Shown here: piece after piece, positions 23,263-37,470 of the stretch
Layout: every line of letters begins with the position of its first letter
How positions within the stretch are numbered: the first letter of the stretch is position 1
NCBI GenBank assembly: GCA_951406725.2
Contig: OX597819.1
Span: 28,954,001 to 29,018,000 of the forward strand
Origin: Octopus vulgaris
Taxonomy: Eukaryota
DNA: 64,000 nt
Reading direction: 5' to 3'
The notes under the pieces: generated by a model
Databases searched by the model: none
Told to the model about the DNA's origin: nothing
The model's input: the letters and a program-made list of their open reading frames with translations, nothing else
Translations under genes and position numbers: made by a program

Positions 23263-23797
23263 CATAGGTATCAAATAAAACAATAATTCTGATGCTGTTT
23301 ATTTGAAATGTAGCACCATGGATCTCTGTACTCCATTCGGTTTGGTAGATCCTTACTTTCATGTCAATGTGTCTCTATCAATAATATCAATGTAGTCAAG
23401 TGGTCTTCATCTTGTATTGGAATAGGGAAGTCTTCAAAATATAACATCTGGAGAGTAAAGGCTACCCTGCATTGAACAACACACTAGATTTTTAGGTATT
23501 GCTTAGATGCAGGCATGGCTGTGTGATCAAGAAGTTCACATTGCCACACCATGGGCAAGTATCCTCTACTATAGCCCCAGGCCAACCAATGCCTTGTGAG
23601 TGAATTTGGTAGACAGAATCTGTATGGAAGCCTGTTAGGTGTAGCAGCAACAGCAGCAACAGCAGCAACAGCATCATTTAAGGTCCATTGTCCCTACTGG
23701 TATGGGGTGGACCGTTTGACCAGGACTGGTAAGCTGAGGGGCTGTGCCAGACTCCAGTCTGATTTGGTATGATTTCTATGGCTTGATGCAGTATATT

Positions 23798-23862
<65 letters not shown>

Positions 23863-26462
23863 ATGTGTGTTTGTCCCCACCACCATCACCAGTCGAAATT
23901 AGCGTATTTTTTATGTCCCCATGACTTAGTAGTTTGGCAAAAGAAACCAAAAGAATAAGTACTAGACTTTAAAGAATAAGTACTGGGCAGAGCCCCAGCA
24001 TGGCAGCAGTTCACTGATTGAAACAAATAAATGATGCACACAAAAAAATCTATATTTTATTGATATGTTTTGACAATAGATTTTTGTTTGCATAAAGAAT
24101 TTTCTTAAACTTTTCATGTTTTTCAAATGCAGAATCTTTTCCAACTTCTTGTATACTTCATTTGGTCAAATAGTGACACTGGAGATTGTACTTTTTACAA
24201 ACTGTTGCAAATAAACACACACACACACATACACACACACACACACACACTGCTGTGTATCACCTCCACCATTTGACACACTGGGCAAGTGTCTTCTACT
24301 ATAGCCCTGGGTCAACCACAGTCTGATGTGGATTTGGTAGACAGAAACTGAAAGAAACCCAACATATATATATTAGTGAGAGAGTGTGTGTGTATGTGTG
24401 TTAGAGGTCTTCTTGCTTCAATTTCATGTGATAATTGTAAATATGCAAGCAGTATCCTTTGTTTCCAATCTTCCTTGAAAATATGCTTAGCCATGAGAAA
24501 TATTACTCTACTTGGAAACAGATGATAGTTGGTGACTGGAAGGGCATCTAGTTATAGGAAAATCTGTCGCAATAAATTACATCCAAGTCATACAAGCATG
24601 GAAGAGTGAATGTTAAACAACAATGATAACCACTTTCTAATTCTATGAAAAAACATAATTATCTGTCCATTGTTCATTGAACAAGACTTTCACTTACAAC
24701 AGTTTCCCATTCATTAGTACTAGCCATTTTAGAAGCAGTTACTTTCATGTATTTTATTTTTTTTTTTTAAATCTTTAATAAAAATAGATAAAGGAAATAT
24801 AGATATAAACCAGCTTTCAAAATAATGGCATTTAATTTGTAATGGCACAGTAGACAACCAAGCTAAAGAAAACTTGAATTTACGCAGCCTGTTTAAGACA
24901 GAATAAATGTCTGCAAGCAAAAATTTTTTAGAGGAGAAAACAAATGAACAAATGCCAAATGGCTGTACATAACGGTTAAAAGAAATCTATTTATACCTTA
25001 TGGGGTATTGAAAGCAGCTTGTAATTGCTGCTTTGGTCTTAAGGCTTAAAATGTTTGCATATAAATGGGCCTTTAGAGAACTTTATCAGTGAACATTTTC
25101 AAATGTGACGGTAAAATTTCTCCTGTATTTGAGGAAATTTTCCACTACCAGTATAAAGTATGTAAAGTAGTTGTATTATAGTAGAGATTAGAATTGTGTT
25201 CAATGAGTTGTTTGAACAACACTGTGTTTGGTTGTGCTATGTAATTGAAAATGTTTTGCAGAAAATGTTGGCTGTGCCTAGCAGAGCTATTTGTTGAAAT
25301 GTGGTTCTGTTTATTTATTTTTTTCTGCACATATTCTTCTACATCTTACTTGATACTTCAATTATTAATGGCACAGCTTTTCACTCTGCTTATTTCCATT
25401 GTAAGATCCTCATACTTTATTTTACCAACACCTTTTCTTTTTTTTTTTTTTTTTTTGCATGATATAGTGGTCAAAAGCAATTGAAGTGTTATGAGAGCAC
25501 ATGAATTTACGTTTATGTGTTTGATTGTGATATTTGGACAATTGGCTTTAATTTTCTCATCAGTTTGGACAGATACCATCATCATTTAACGTCTGTTTTG
25601 CATGCTGGCATGGGTTGAACAGTTTGAAAGGATCCAGCAAGCTGCAGGGCTGCAACGAACCTCAGAATCAGCTTTGGCAAGGTTTCGGCAGCTGGGTGCC
25701 CTTCCTAACATTAACCACTTTCAGTGTGTACTGGATATTTTTCTTATGCCACCAGCACAAGTGAAGTTGCAAGACAGGAAAAGAGCAGAAAGAGGAAAAG
25801 AAAAGTAAAAAGCTCTCTCAACTAAGCGGGGAAAGTATTTGAAAGGAGTGGCTTTGTGCCAGGTATTTAGAGGCTAATGTATGATAGAAGGACAAATGCT
25901 GGGATGTATCCCTTAATATTGTCACATACCACCTTCAGTATAGGCTTGTATCTCTTTCTCTAAATGAAAGTGATGGCATATTACCCAGTGGACATAGCTG
26001 CTCACCTTATCATTTCTATTGACATATTCTGCCTTTGTAAAGACTGGGCAGCCGGAGACAATAAAATCAATTATTTCTCTACACCAATTTCATCTTTATT
26101 TAATGTTAGCCTTTCATTTCCTTTTTCATTTTTATGCCTTCCTTTCCAGTAGTTAGGCATTAACGTCATGCAGCTAAAGTAAAACCTTCCATTTCTGACA
26201 TCAGTTCAAAGCATTGCAGCCACTGTTGACTTTTACTCTGACTTAATTCTTCTTGGCAGTAGAGGGATTTTTCTCTTCAATTTTCTCTAGAATGATTTAG
26301 AGTTCTATTTTGAATGTCCTCTTTTTTGTTACTTGTTTTTTTTTTTTCTAATTCATTCTCTGTTGTTTTTTTAAATACAACAAAAAACATTTTTTCTTCA
26401 TGTTCCTTTATTATTTTAATCTATCTTTTTTTTCTTTTTGTTAGTTTTTAATTATAATCTAT

Positions 26463-26865
26463 AGGCGCAGGAGTGGCTGTGTGGTAAGTAGCTTGCTAAC
26501 CAACCACATGGTTCCGGGTTCAGTCCCACTGTGTGGCATCTTGGGCAAGTGTCTTCTACTATAGCCCCGGGCCGACCAATGCCTTGTGAGTGGATTTGGT
26601 AGACGGAAACTGAAAGAAGCCTGTCGTATATATGTATGTGTGTGTGTGTGTGTGTGTCTGTGTTTGTCCCCCTAGCATTGCTTGACAACCGATGCTGGTG
26701 TATTTACATCCCCGTCACTTAGCGGTTTGGCAAAAGAGACCGATATAATAAGTACTGGGCTTACAAAGAATAAGTCCTTGGGTCGATTTGCTCGACTAAA
26801 GGTGGTGCTCCAGCATGGCTGCAGTCAAATGACTGAAACAAGTAAAAGAGTAAAAGAGTAAAAGA
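26463..26865 (+). mobile_element. Full-length tRNA-derived SINE family B (CORE-like) with internal microsatellite
   Basis: A-box TGGCTGTGTGG, B-box GGTTCAGTCCC, TTGGGCAAGT core-like motif, central (TG)n, (GTAAAAGA)n tail. Other copies at about 1650-1880(-), 10175-10435(-), 23510-24030(+) and 37877-38325(-). Confidence 0.88.
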
Positions 26866-27216
26866 ATCTCTCCAATTTGTCATCAATTTCTTTCTGTTTC
26901 TACCTTATCAGTTTTTCCCTGTATAAAGGAAAGAGATACCCTACCTCTATTAGGCTTCAAGACGATGACTTCAAAATACAATAGGCCTTTTTGTAGTCCT
27001 TCAGTCTAAGCTCTTCATCTGTATTAACTTTCACTTTTGTTGAAGCAGCAAGAGTCAATATTTATTTCTGAGATGGTCAAAATGAATCTAATATTTCATT
27101 CCTGGGAATGAGTTCAGTTTATTAATACTAAACTGTTTCTTCTGTAGAATTCTTTTGTAATTTTCTCTTTCATTTCTGCATGTTTTGTTGGTTTGATCTC
27201 TTTCTAAGAATTTGAA

Positions 27217-27840
27217 CAAGGTGGCATCAAAATGTTCCCTGACAAGTTATGTTTTATAAAAAATAACTTATTTACCTAAGTTTTAACATCATCTCCTTCA
27301 AAATAGTTACCTTGTAAACTTATACACTGGTTCTAGCATTTCTGCCACTTTTGGAATCTGGCTTGAAAGTGGTTATCTGTGAGTTAAGGACCTTCTGTGA
27401 TATTCTCTTCATCTCAACAACGTTGTTAAAACAGCAACCTTTGAGCTGCATTTTCATCTTGGGGAAGAGATGGAAGTCCACAGGTGTTAAATCTGGTGAA
27501 TAGGGCAGGTTGTGGAAGTGATACCATTTTGATTTAGGCAAGAAGCTCATGAGTGCAGAGAGCTTGGTGACAGGGTGCAGTGTTGTCATGTGGAATCCAA
27601 TTCTTTATGCTCCACAGATCCAGTCACTTTCACTGAATGTTCTCAACACTTCAAAACATCACAGTAGAACTCTCGATTGACAATCTGGCTCTGGAGGACA
27701 AATTTTCAATGCACAATACCATGGATATCAAAAAGAATTATGAGCATGCTCTTGATTGAGCTGTGGCTCATTTGTACCTTCTTTGGTCATGGAGATGAAG
27801 GCCTCTTCCATTGTGATGATGGCTGCTTTGTCTCAGGGCA
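27217..27840 (-). mobile_element. Mariner 3' fragment (decayed)
   Basis: Reads HNLPYSPDLTPVDFHLFPKMKMQLKG. TIR-like CAAGGTGGCATCAAAATGTTCC at 27217. Confidence 0.8.
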
Positions 27841-29727
27841 ATTAAAGATATGAAGACAAGGAAAGCCCTTGGACCATCAGGACTCACTACCAAGATGCTT
27901 AAGATATCTTGTAGAGTTGGATACACTTTAGTCACCTGTATAGTTAATCAGGTTATTCAGGATGACATAATCCCTAGTGAGTGGTGCAGCAGCATCACAG
28001 CCAGCTGCTACAAGGACAAGGGAGATGCCTTAGATAGAGGTAATTAAAGAGACATCAAATTGCTAGACTAGGTGATGAAAGTTGCAGAGAGAGTTATGGC
28101 CCAATTAATTAGGAACAAAATTAGACTAGATGAAATGCAGTTTGAGTTTGTGTCAGAGAGAACCACCATGGATGCTATTTTCATAATGGCAAGAGAAGAA
28201 CTTAACTAAGAACAAGCCATTGTACTTGGCATTTGTTGACCTAGAGAAAACCTTTGACAGAGTACCTGGCTCTGTGATATGGTGGTCTTTGAGGAAGCTA
28301 AGGATAGATGAATGGCTTGTGAAAGTATTACAGGCCAAGTACTGTAATACTTGAAGTACTGCGGCCATGCTGGAGCACAGCCTTTAGTCGAGTAAGGTAA
28401 GATTTGGCCATGAGTACAGTGGTGAATTTAGTGTACAGATAGGTGTCCATCAAAGGTCAGTCCTCAGTCCCCACCTATTCATCATCATCTTCCAGGCTAT
28501 AACTGAAGAATTTAAGACTAGAAGCCCATGGGAACTACTACATGTTGATGATCTTGCCTTCAAAGCAGAATCTGTAACAGAATAAAAAAAGAAATCCCAG
28601 GAGTAGAAACAATCTGGAATCAAAGGACCTTAAAATAAACTTAGCAAAGACCAAAGTCCAAGTAAGCAAAATGTTAGACAAGATCCTCCCTTCAAACTTT
28701 CCAGTAAAAGCTCTGCTTGATATGTAGAAAGAGTGAAGGCAGAAATTCCATTTGATGTACCCAGTGCAAGCTATGGACACACAAGAGGCGCAGTGGAATT
28801 GTAGGAAGGTTAACAGAGAAAGTAGTGTTTGCAAGTGGAAGATGTACAGGAGCCATAAAGATCACAGATACATGGGAAACCAATGTAAATGCCCTGGTGG
28901 CTCTCTGGAAGTTGTAGATTATTATTGCTACGTAGGTGACCTAATTAGTAGTGGAAGAAGTTGTACAGAAAGTGTAATAGCTAGAATAAGATAGTGAAAG
29001 TAAGTTCAGAGAACTTCTATCTCTGTTGGCCGCCAAAAGTCTCTCTCTCTCTCTGAGTGAAAGGAAGATTGTATGATGCATCTGTATGAACTGCTATGCT
29101 GGATGGTAATGAGACGTGGCCCCTGAATGTAGAGGACATGCAAAGGCTGGAGGAAATTAAGCTGGTATGCTGTTGGATGTGTGATGTCACTGTGCATGTG
29201 CAAACAGAGCATTGGTGTATTGAGAGAGAAACTGAGAATAAGAAGAATTAGATGCAGTGTGCAAAAGAGGAAACTGCATTGGTTTGGTCACGTGATGCAG
29301 GTGGATGAGGACAGTTGGAGGAATGTTGTGGAAGAGGTAGACCCAGGAAGACATGGAATGAAATACTGAAGGCCAATTTCAAAATGCTGAACCTTACAAA
29401 GGTGATGACAGAGGACCAAGTTATGCGGTGCATTGCTATATCAAGATGACCAGCTCACCACAACAGAATTGAGATAGTAAAACTAAGGTGTCACATAAAA
29501 AGCATTGATGTGGGTGCTGGTGCCACTTAAAAAGCATTGGTGACAGTGTCACGTAAAAAGCTCTCAGTGCACTTTGTGGAGTGGTTGGCATTAGGAAGGG
29601 CATCCAGCCATAGAAACCAAACCAAAACAGACTATGGAACTTGGTGCAGCCCCTGGCCTTGCCAGTTCCTCTCAAGCCGTCCAACCCATACCAGCATGGA
29701 AAACAGATGTTAAATGATGATGATGAT
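27841..29727 (+). mobile_element. Decayed RTE-clade LINE (RT domain to 3' tail)
   Basis: MKTRKALGPSGLTTKMLK, YLAFVDLEKTFDRVP, GVHQRSVLSP, WELLHVDDLA and KLHWFGHVMQ, with many stops and frameshifts. Ends in (ATG)n. Confidence 0.88.
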
Positions 29728-29759
29728 TTTATTATTCTGGTGGAATTTTGTTGCTGGGC

Positions 29760-32700
29760 ATAGTCCCTTGTAAGATAGTTTTAAATCCTCTGTATAGAGA
29801 TGGTTTATAATTCGTCCATATAATTTATAACCATCTGTGGTTTTGTTCAGCAAATTTAATAATGGAGTCAAAGCCAGGTACAATAGGAGGGGATTAAAAC
29901 CTCCTTGAAATATTCCCCTTTTTATGAGAATAGGGTTGGTGTTTATTACCATCTCTTTGTGCTGAAGTAGTATTGCTTTCTATTTTGACATGACATTGCT
30001 GATATACAGTGTTAGTATCACAGCTGCTTTATTTATATGCTGTGTTTGCAATATCCAAGAATTTGATATGATATCAAATGCATTTCAGTAATCAATCCAT
30101 GCCATGCTAAAGAATTTTTCATCTCTCCTTACTGTCTTGAACAATTATCTGATTTACCAATGATTTTTTTTTTTACAACCATACATCCTCTCCAACTCTA
30201 CTTCTGCTCCTCTGATAAGATATTACTATTTTCCAGATGATCAGTTAACCTGTTTTAAAATATACATGTAAGGACTTTCCATATTGTTGGCAAACAAGTT
30301 TTAGATCTTTACTTTTGAGGGCTATCGGTGTTCTTGTTTTCAGGAATCAATATTACTTTCTCTCTGTTTACCACTGAGGCATTAATTCTGCTCTCTTTAT
30401 TAATTCCTGAAATTATTGCTGCTACAGATGCATGAAAACTAGTTAAGCTTTTCAGTCAGAAATTGCAGACTTTGTTAAATCCAGGAGCTTTCCAGTTACT
30501 TGCCATCTTTATCAATGATATTGCTGAAATCCCCACTACTTATGCTGAGCCATGTTTACAACAATATTGCATTTTATTATCTCCCTTCCTTCTAATCCAT
30601 TGTTCTCATTGATTGTGCTCAATGTTTTCGTTCCATATTCCCTTACAGCCTACTTTGAATTTCTGCTGATGTTAGCATTTCGTTCACTATCATGCTTTTT
30701 ATTGGTGATGTGCCTGTAAAATATTTTGATAATTGTTTCAAATACCTTATTCTTCTAAAAGAAATGCTTCTGTTTTTCTAATAATTTGTCCTATATGATA
30801 TTGCTGATATAATTTGCTTTAATCTTCCTTTCACTTTCAGAATATTTTGCTGATAATTTTTCCTCTCACTATTTATATAAAATAACTCCCCCTCCATCTT
30901 CTTTGAGCTGATTTCTGGTAGGTTTCACTAAGATACCTCTTTGAGAACCGACCTCTGCTTCCATTGGTACTACCATAGTTACTGAACAGCTTATGTCAAT
31001 TAGTTTATTAATATTCCTGTTTGTTTCCATGGAAGCAATGTTTTTGTACCAACTTGTTATATTTAGTTAAATTCTTTTTTTCATTATTATCATAAAGCTA
31101 TTCTATACTACTTTTAGTTAACAAGGATTATCATCTTGAGGTTTGGTGGCAAAATGTCTCCTCAAATCTAAAGAATCTTTCTTAAGATTCTTGCAGAATA
31201 CAGTATGGCATTTTACTGCATGTTGATACAGCATGTCTCAATTCCAAAATCTTTCAGCCTCTTAGGTAGCAAATTTGGTGTTGTGCAGGCTTGTTAGAGC
31301 AATATGCATGTTAGAGTGATTTACACATTGACAAAAAGTAATGGAGCAAGCAAGTCTCCTTGAAATATTCCTCTACAAATTTTCATAATATATCTTCATG
31401 ATATATTTCTGCATTTTAGTTATAATTCCCATGAGCCCATTGCATTTTCTAAAAATTATTAATCTTCTCCCTGACCCAAAGCATCCTCAGGCACTATAAG
31501 AACCAAGAACAGTATGGAACAGTATCATTGGTTTTAATGTTGTCTGTCATTCTTTCTTATTTGCACTTTGCTTAATATCATACAATTGACATACTACAGA
31601 TCCTCTTCACTTCTTTCTGTGTCCCTTTGCTCTTCTCATAGTAGATTCTCTTTCTCAGTTAATGATTTTCAGAGTAATGGTAAGCTTATAATTACTGATT
31701 TTCCCTTCCCTTTTCTGTGTCTTTCTGTGTATGTACTGTCTTCCCTTTTTTCATCCATGTTGGTGTTCCATTTTCTATACAGTCATTAAGAAATAGTTGT
31801 ATATAGCTGTACATGCTTCTGAGATTTTAAAATCTGAATCCAGAATACCACCAGTTTCAGGGATATTTAATGTTTTCTTACACAATTTTTCCTTCCTCAT
31901 CTATAATATTCATATTCATAATTTCTTGTTTTGATCTTATTTCTATTTCACTTTTAAATTTCCATAATTAGTTCTCTTTCCTGTTATGTTGCTCCAAATA
32001 TTTGACCAAAAGTTCCTTGCTGCTTAAGCATTTGGCACGTCATTCTTCTGATGTTCATCCTTATTATTCAGCTATTGGTAAAATTTCCTTTCATTGTTCT
32101 GCTGATATTGGTACATTCTTTGTTAATATCTAGTAGTTTTGCTTAATATTGCTTAAATCTTTGTCTTGGAGCTCTTCCATGTATTTTTCTTTCACTATCT
32201 TTGTTTCAATAATTGTATTTATCCTTTCGAAATCTTTAATGAGCTGTTCATCTTGAATATCGAGTCTGCATTTTCACTTTGTCCCCACCCACTTAGTTTT
32301 TCTGCTTCACTTTTAACCCTAATAGTTACTACAACAGAGGTTGCACAGTACATGAAATCATTTACATCTGTTAATTTTCAACATTGGTTTTCGGTAAGAG
32401 CTCATCCAGCTTCTTTACTACTTTATGTTGATTTTCTCTTGATTCCTCTCAAAGTTGGTAGTCTCATTCATCACTAGTTTGTGTCTCATCTAGCCATTGC
32501 AGGAAGCATATTTCCTCTTCTGTAACATCCTTTCTTTCCATGTAGTAACACTTGTTTCCATCCTGTCTTTTAATTTCTTTCCCAATGATTTATTGGTCTT
32601 TCTGCTACTGCTTGTTCAGTTTCCTCTTCTACATAGCCATGTTCTTCATCTTTTATTGTTTAGGAGATCTCTTCCAGTTCCAATTGGGATAGCCACTGCC
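29760..32700 (-). mobile_element. Heavily decayed R4/Dong-like non-LTR retrotransposon fragments (at least two)
   Basis: IKRGIFQG..PLL..LALTPL..INHLY..DLKL (29760-29950), MASNWKAPG (~30500) and a second ICRGIFQGDLLAPLLF (~31330-31380). Confidence 0.65.
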
Positions 32701-33009
32701 TTTTTTTATGATTAGATTTTTCTTATCAAGAAATCTTTGTTCTGTGACAAGGAATGTGTCTTTCTCCATTTATATTTTATATATCCTTTTCCTTTATCCT
32801 ATTTTTTGTTTCTTTTAGACATGTTTCAATATTCTTGTCATTGTTGTCGTTGCAGCAAACTAGCAGATGTGGGTAAATTTATTTGTGTAACACCCACACT
32901 AAGAAAAAGAAAAAAAAAACTTGGATTTTTTTGTGTAGAATCAAGTACCCTGACCTCTTAATATGTTGCAAATCCTTTATTTTGGTTTCCAAAGGTGAAT
33001 TATCCGAAC

Positions 33010-33447
33010 TTGAAAGAATTTCTCTCAACACGTAGCTATGATGCTCCCACACTACTTCTGCACATGATCAGAGATACACATATCATCAGCCACTAAAGGG
33101 CATGCTCAACTGGTTAAAGTCAAGCAACTGACAAGCAAGTCTGTGGTACTGAACAGAATAACAAATTACTACTGCATCAGTAAGTAATAAAGGCGGCGAG
33201 CTGGCAGACACGTTAGCACGCCGGGCAAAATGCTTAGCGGTATTTCGTCTGCGTTACGTTGTGAGTTCAAATTCCGCCGAGGTCGACTTTGCCTTTCATC
33301 CTTTCGGGGTCGATAAATTGAAATAGGTACTGAACAGAATATTTGCTGTAGCCCATCTTTTATACCAAGACAAAACAATGTACATGATAACACTTCCAAT
33401 CAGTTAAGATCAGAAGCCATGAGAGCCACTGGCTGGTACTGCATCAG
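33010..33447 (+). mobile_element. 3'-end repeat ending TACTGCATCA-(TAA)n, probably the 3'UTR of a (TAA)n-targeting LINE
   Basis: An inverted homologue at 39780-40095 abuts an (AAT)n tract. Confidence 0.55.
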
Positions 33448-34094
33448 TAGTAATAAAGGTGGTAAGCTGGCTGAATTGTTAGCATGATGAACAAAATGTT
33501 TAATAGCATTCCTTCTCTCTTTATTTTCTGAGTTCAAATTCTGCTGAGGTCATCTTCGCCTTTCATCCTTTCAGGATCAATGAAATAAGTTTCAGTTGAG
33601 CACTGGAGTCAATGTAATCAAATAGACATCTTCCCCTATTTTAGGCTTTGTGGCTATAACAGAAAGAATTAGTAGTAGTAATTTTTTGTCTTTCTCACTA
33701 TACTATATCTGTAATTTGTTTTTCTATTTTTATTTGTTTGTTATTTGAGTTTTTACCTTTATAATAAAACTTTACACATTTAAATTTTTGCACTTCAGTA
33801 TATTTCCTCTCTTAATCCATCACAAGTGTCTGAGCAAATAATTTCATGTTGTTTAACTCTAGATTAACCCTGAGCAAGTCATGGCCATCCTGACTTTTTA
33901 AGGGTATCTAAGAATAGTCAGTCCACGTTATTCCACAAGGAGCATACAGCTGTGGCCATTTCATACCAGTGGATGTGATCCTGGGCTACCTCCTTGATTT
34001 CCTTTGTGAACAAATGTCAGTGCTGCATCCCCAAGATCTGGTGGCTGGGCAAAATTTCAAACAGAAGTTTGTGGTGTAGAACGAACCAAACCCC

Positions 34095-34260
34095 CATTGA
34101 TAAAAAAAAATTCTGGAAAGGAAATTAGGCTGGATTGGTCACACGTTAAAGAGACCTCCAAGCAGCATTGCAAATCAAGTGTTAACTGGCAAACTGAAGG
34201 AAAGAAGGAAGTTGGACAACCTAAGAAAACCTGGAAAGGATGCATGGAGGATGAAGAGCA
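34095..34260 (+). mobile_element. RTE C-terminal remnant
   Basis: Reads NWQTEGKKEVGQPKKTW, matching the W-P-GKR--GRP--TW motif. Confidence 0.55.
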
Positions 34261-37248
34261 TCTAAGAATACTTTACAAAATTCATTTTTCTTTTTTCTTC
34301 TCCAGGACAAAACGCTTTAATTTGAAGCACATTTAACTACTATTTAATTTTACATGCTGACTGATCACACAGAAGCTCTCCCTCCTTAGGTCATCATAAC
34401 TTCGCATTATAGGTTGCGGTTATCTAACACTGATCGCAATGACTCAAATCCAGCTGACAGAAATATAATCAGGCATTTAGGAAATGGCTCTTGATTCAGT
34501 TATTTTCTTGAATGTTTCTAGTTTAGTTAATGTCCTTCCAAAAATAACTGCAATTACAAAGAGGAAATATTATTTCAATTCTTGTTTCCCACTAGATTTT
34601 TCCTTCAATCTGAATCGCTATATACATATTTCTTTTTTAAAAAATAAGCATTTAAAAGTTAATTGTATTAAATTTGTTGCTCAAATGTAACATTTATTTT
34701 GAATCCATATATCTCATCTTGATTTTTGTAACCTGCCCCATCTATAAATTCTAACATCAATTTTGATTTCATTTCATTGTACACGCTAATAAAAGTAGCA
34801 TTGATCTGATTATTATGGTCGGTCATAGCTGAAACTTGTATGAAATATGTCATTTTATCACATTCTCTTCATTTTTGCTGGCTGTGAAAGTAAAGTTAAA
34901 TTGAATATGTTTGATGATTGATGGAGAAAAAAAAAGTAGTAATAATTTACCTTAATCTCTTTCCTTAATTGACATTTTATATTTCAAACAGGAGAGACTG
35001 AGGAGCTGTGTGTGTATGAGAGGAGAGAAAGAGAGTGAGAGATGCTCTTAGAGTTAGAAAGAGCATGTGTGAGAGATGTTAAGAGAGGTAGGTTAGCAGA
35101 ATCTGTCGGAAAAATGGTGGCTGTGGCATGGCAGTATGAATAGTGTAGTGAACAAAATGTGGAATTTAACTACCATTCTACATTCTGAATTCAATTCTTG
35201 TCAAGGTGAACTTTGCTTTGCATCCTTCCGTTGTCAATAAAATCAGATACCAGTGAAGTACTGAGGATGGCATAATTGAACAAATGATAAATTCTAGTAA
35301 ACTCTTGGCAAGTGGAAACTAGAATATAGCTTCAATCTCTGGATGATGCCATTATACTTTATCCATGCTGCTAATATCTTCCAGAAAAGCATGAACACCT
35401 CAATTTATTTCATTAATTTCTCTGAATCATTTCTATGTAAATAACCAGATTAATATAGCAAACCAAATTCTAATACAGTAAAGAACAAATCTAAAAACAA
35501 TATTATCATTTTCATGCAATTATTTTCCTTTTTTACCAGTTTGAGGTTAAGCTGTTTTCTTGCAGCCTGGCCACAATATCTAACAAGGGCTTTCAACAAA
35601 ATAAGAGATTTACAAGAAAATAGATGGTTTGTCAAAGAATATGACCTGGTTAACAAGATTACAAAAATCCTCATCAAATATATGTGTTGTTCATGACCTC
35701 AGTATCTCTTCTCTTCCCTTCAAGATGTATGATCATCTTTCCTTTAAGATTATAGGAGCTTTTTGCTTAATCCTTGTTGGAACCATTTCACTCTGGAATG
35801 CAAGAAATTACTGATGATGTGCATCAGCAATAATTAATCAATAGAATAATTTAGTAAGCTCAATTATTATGAAGCGTGAAGAATCCAATATCCCTGGTTC
35901 TTGCGCTTTATCTTAGATATTTGATGTAAACATCTGAGAGTAAGAGGTTCTTGCCAATTTAAATCTATCATAATTAAGTAATGATTTCTCTTGCTATTAA
36001 TGATCTTGAGAACATACCTCAATATCTTTGTGTGGTTTGTCCAAGGTGCTGCACAATAGGATTGAACATAGAAACATAGGGTTATAAAGTGAACTTTTTA
36101 ACCTCACTGCTATGCTTGTATCTGTATGTATACAAATCCTTTTTGCTCAAATAAAAATATCAAAGGGGAAGATGAGATTAAAATGCTTTCAGTAGGGACT
36201 ACGATTATAAATAACATATTTATCTGATGAGGAAGATTTTTATAAGCTTGTTAACTGAGTTATATTCTTTGATAAACCATCTACTTTCTTGTAATTCATT
36301 TAATTCGTTGAAAGTCCTTGTTAGATGTTATGGCCAGGTTGAAAAAAAAACACAAAGCAAAATAGTTTAATCTCAAACTGATAATAGAAAAGGGAATAAT
36401 TAAATGAAAAGGATAACATTGTTTTAAGATTTATCATTCCTTTTTGTATTAGAAATGTGCTAGAAATGTATTAGAATTTGGTTGGTTCTATTAATTTGGA
36501 TATTTACATAGAAATTGATGAAATAAAGATGTTATATTTGAAGTTTGGTAAGATAAATGTGTTTCAAGCTGAGCATGTATTAATTCACGACAGTTATATT
36601 TGTAAAGTGATTAAAGAGAATCTGCATCATAAACTTTCATTTTGATATTTTATTAATTAAGCAACTTGCACTGGATTATTGATGTAGGCCTTATTATACT
36701 GTGGTTTAACCAAGCATGATATAGGAATAATTTCAAGCTATATCTATGGCGTTAGTTAAGTATAGAACTGACAGTCAGGTTCTCAACAGTGAACAAATGA
36801 AATATCCCCACTTTGGCTTTTTATCAGTCATTTTCAAAGGATCGCATTGGTAATGGTGGGCCCAGCTGTGCAGACAATCAAAGAACCATGATTACTGTCA
36901 CTTATCCTACACTTTCTGTGTGTTCTAACAACTAAGGGGACTATGGAAGGGGTGGTATTTCAGAATCACTGATGTACGCGATATTCTGTCATCTGTGGTT
37001 GTAAGTAGTTTTGAGAGGATGAATCCCTTTGGTACTCAATTCTGACAATTGCAGGTTCTGGAAAATGCTTTTGTATACTACTATCTAGTGTTTTGTGTTG
37101 TATCTTAAGGTGGTGCTGAGTAATTTTTGTTTAAGTGAGCAGCAGGGAATGGAGATGAAGACTTTATTGACATTGATGGTAATTAGAACAGAACGTACTA
37201 GATTTGGTTTTTTGTGTTTTGGGTGTTGGAACCATAAGGTATTCTCTA

Positions 37249-37470
37249 AGGTGGCGAGCTGGCAGAATCGTTAGCATGCCGGGCGAAATATGTAGCCGTT
37301 TTTCGTCTGCTGTTACGTTCTGAGTTCAAATTCCGCCAAGGTTGACTTTGCCTTTCATCCTTTCGGGGTCGATAAATTAAGTACCAGTTACGCACTGGGG
37401 TCGATATAATCGACTTAATCCATTTGTTTGTCCTCTCTGTGTTTAGCCTCTTGTGGGTAGTAAAGAAATA
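37249..37470 (+). mobile_element. Near full-length SINE family A copy
   Basis: GGTGGCGAGCTGGCAGAATCGTTAGC..GAGTTCAAATTCC..CCTTTCATCCTTTCGGGGTCGATAAATTAAGTACCAG..TAAAGAAATA. Confidence 0.88.

Noticed and set aside
34668-34853. 61-aa minus-strand ORF as an exon of a second gene
   Set aside because: The nearest acceptor (~34883) meets stops in all three frames before reaching this ORF, and there is no recognisable domain.
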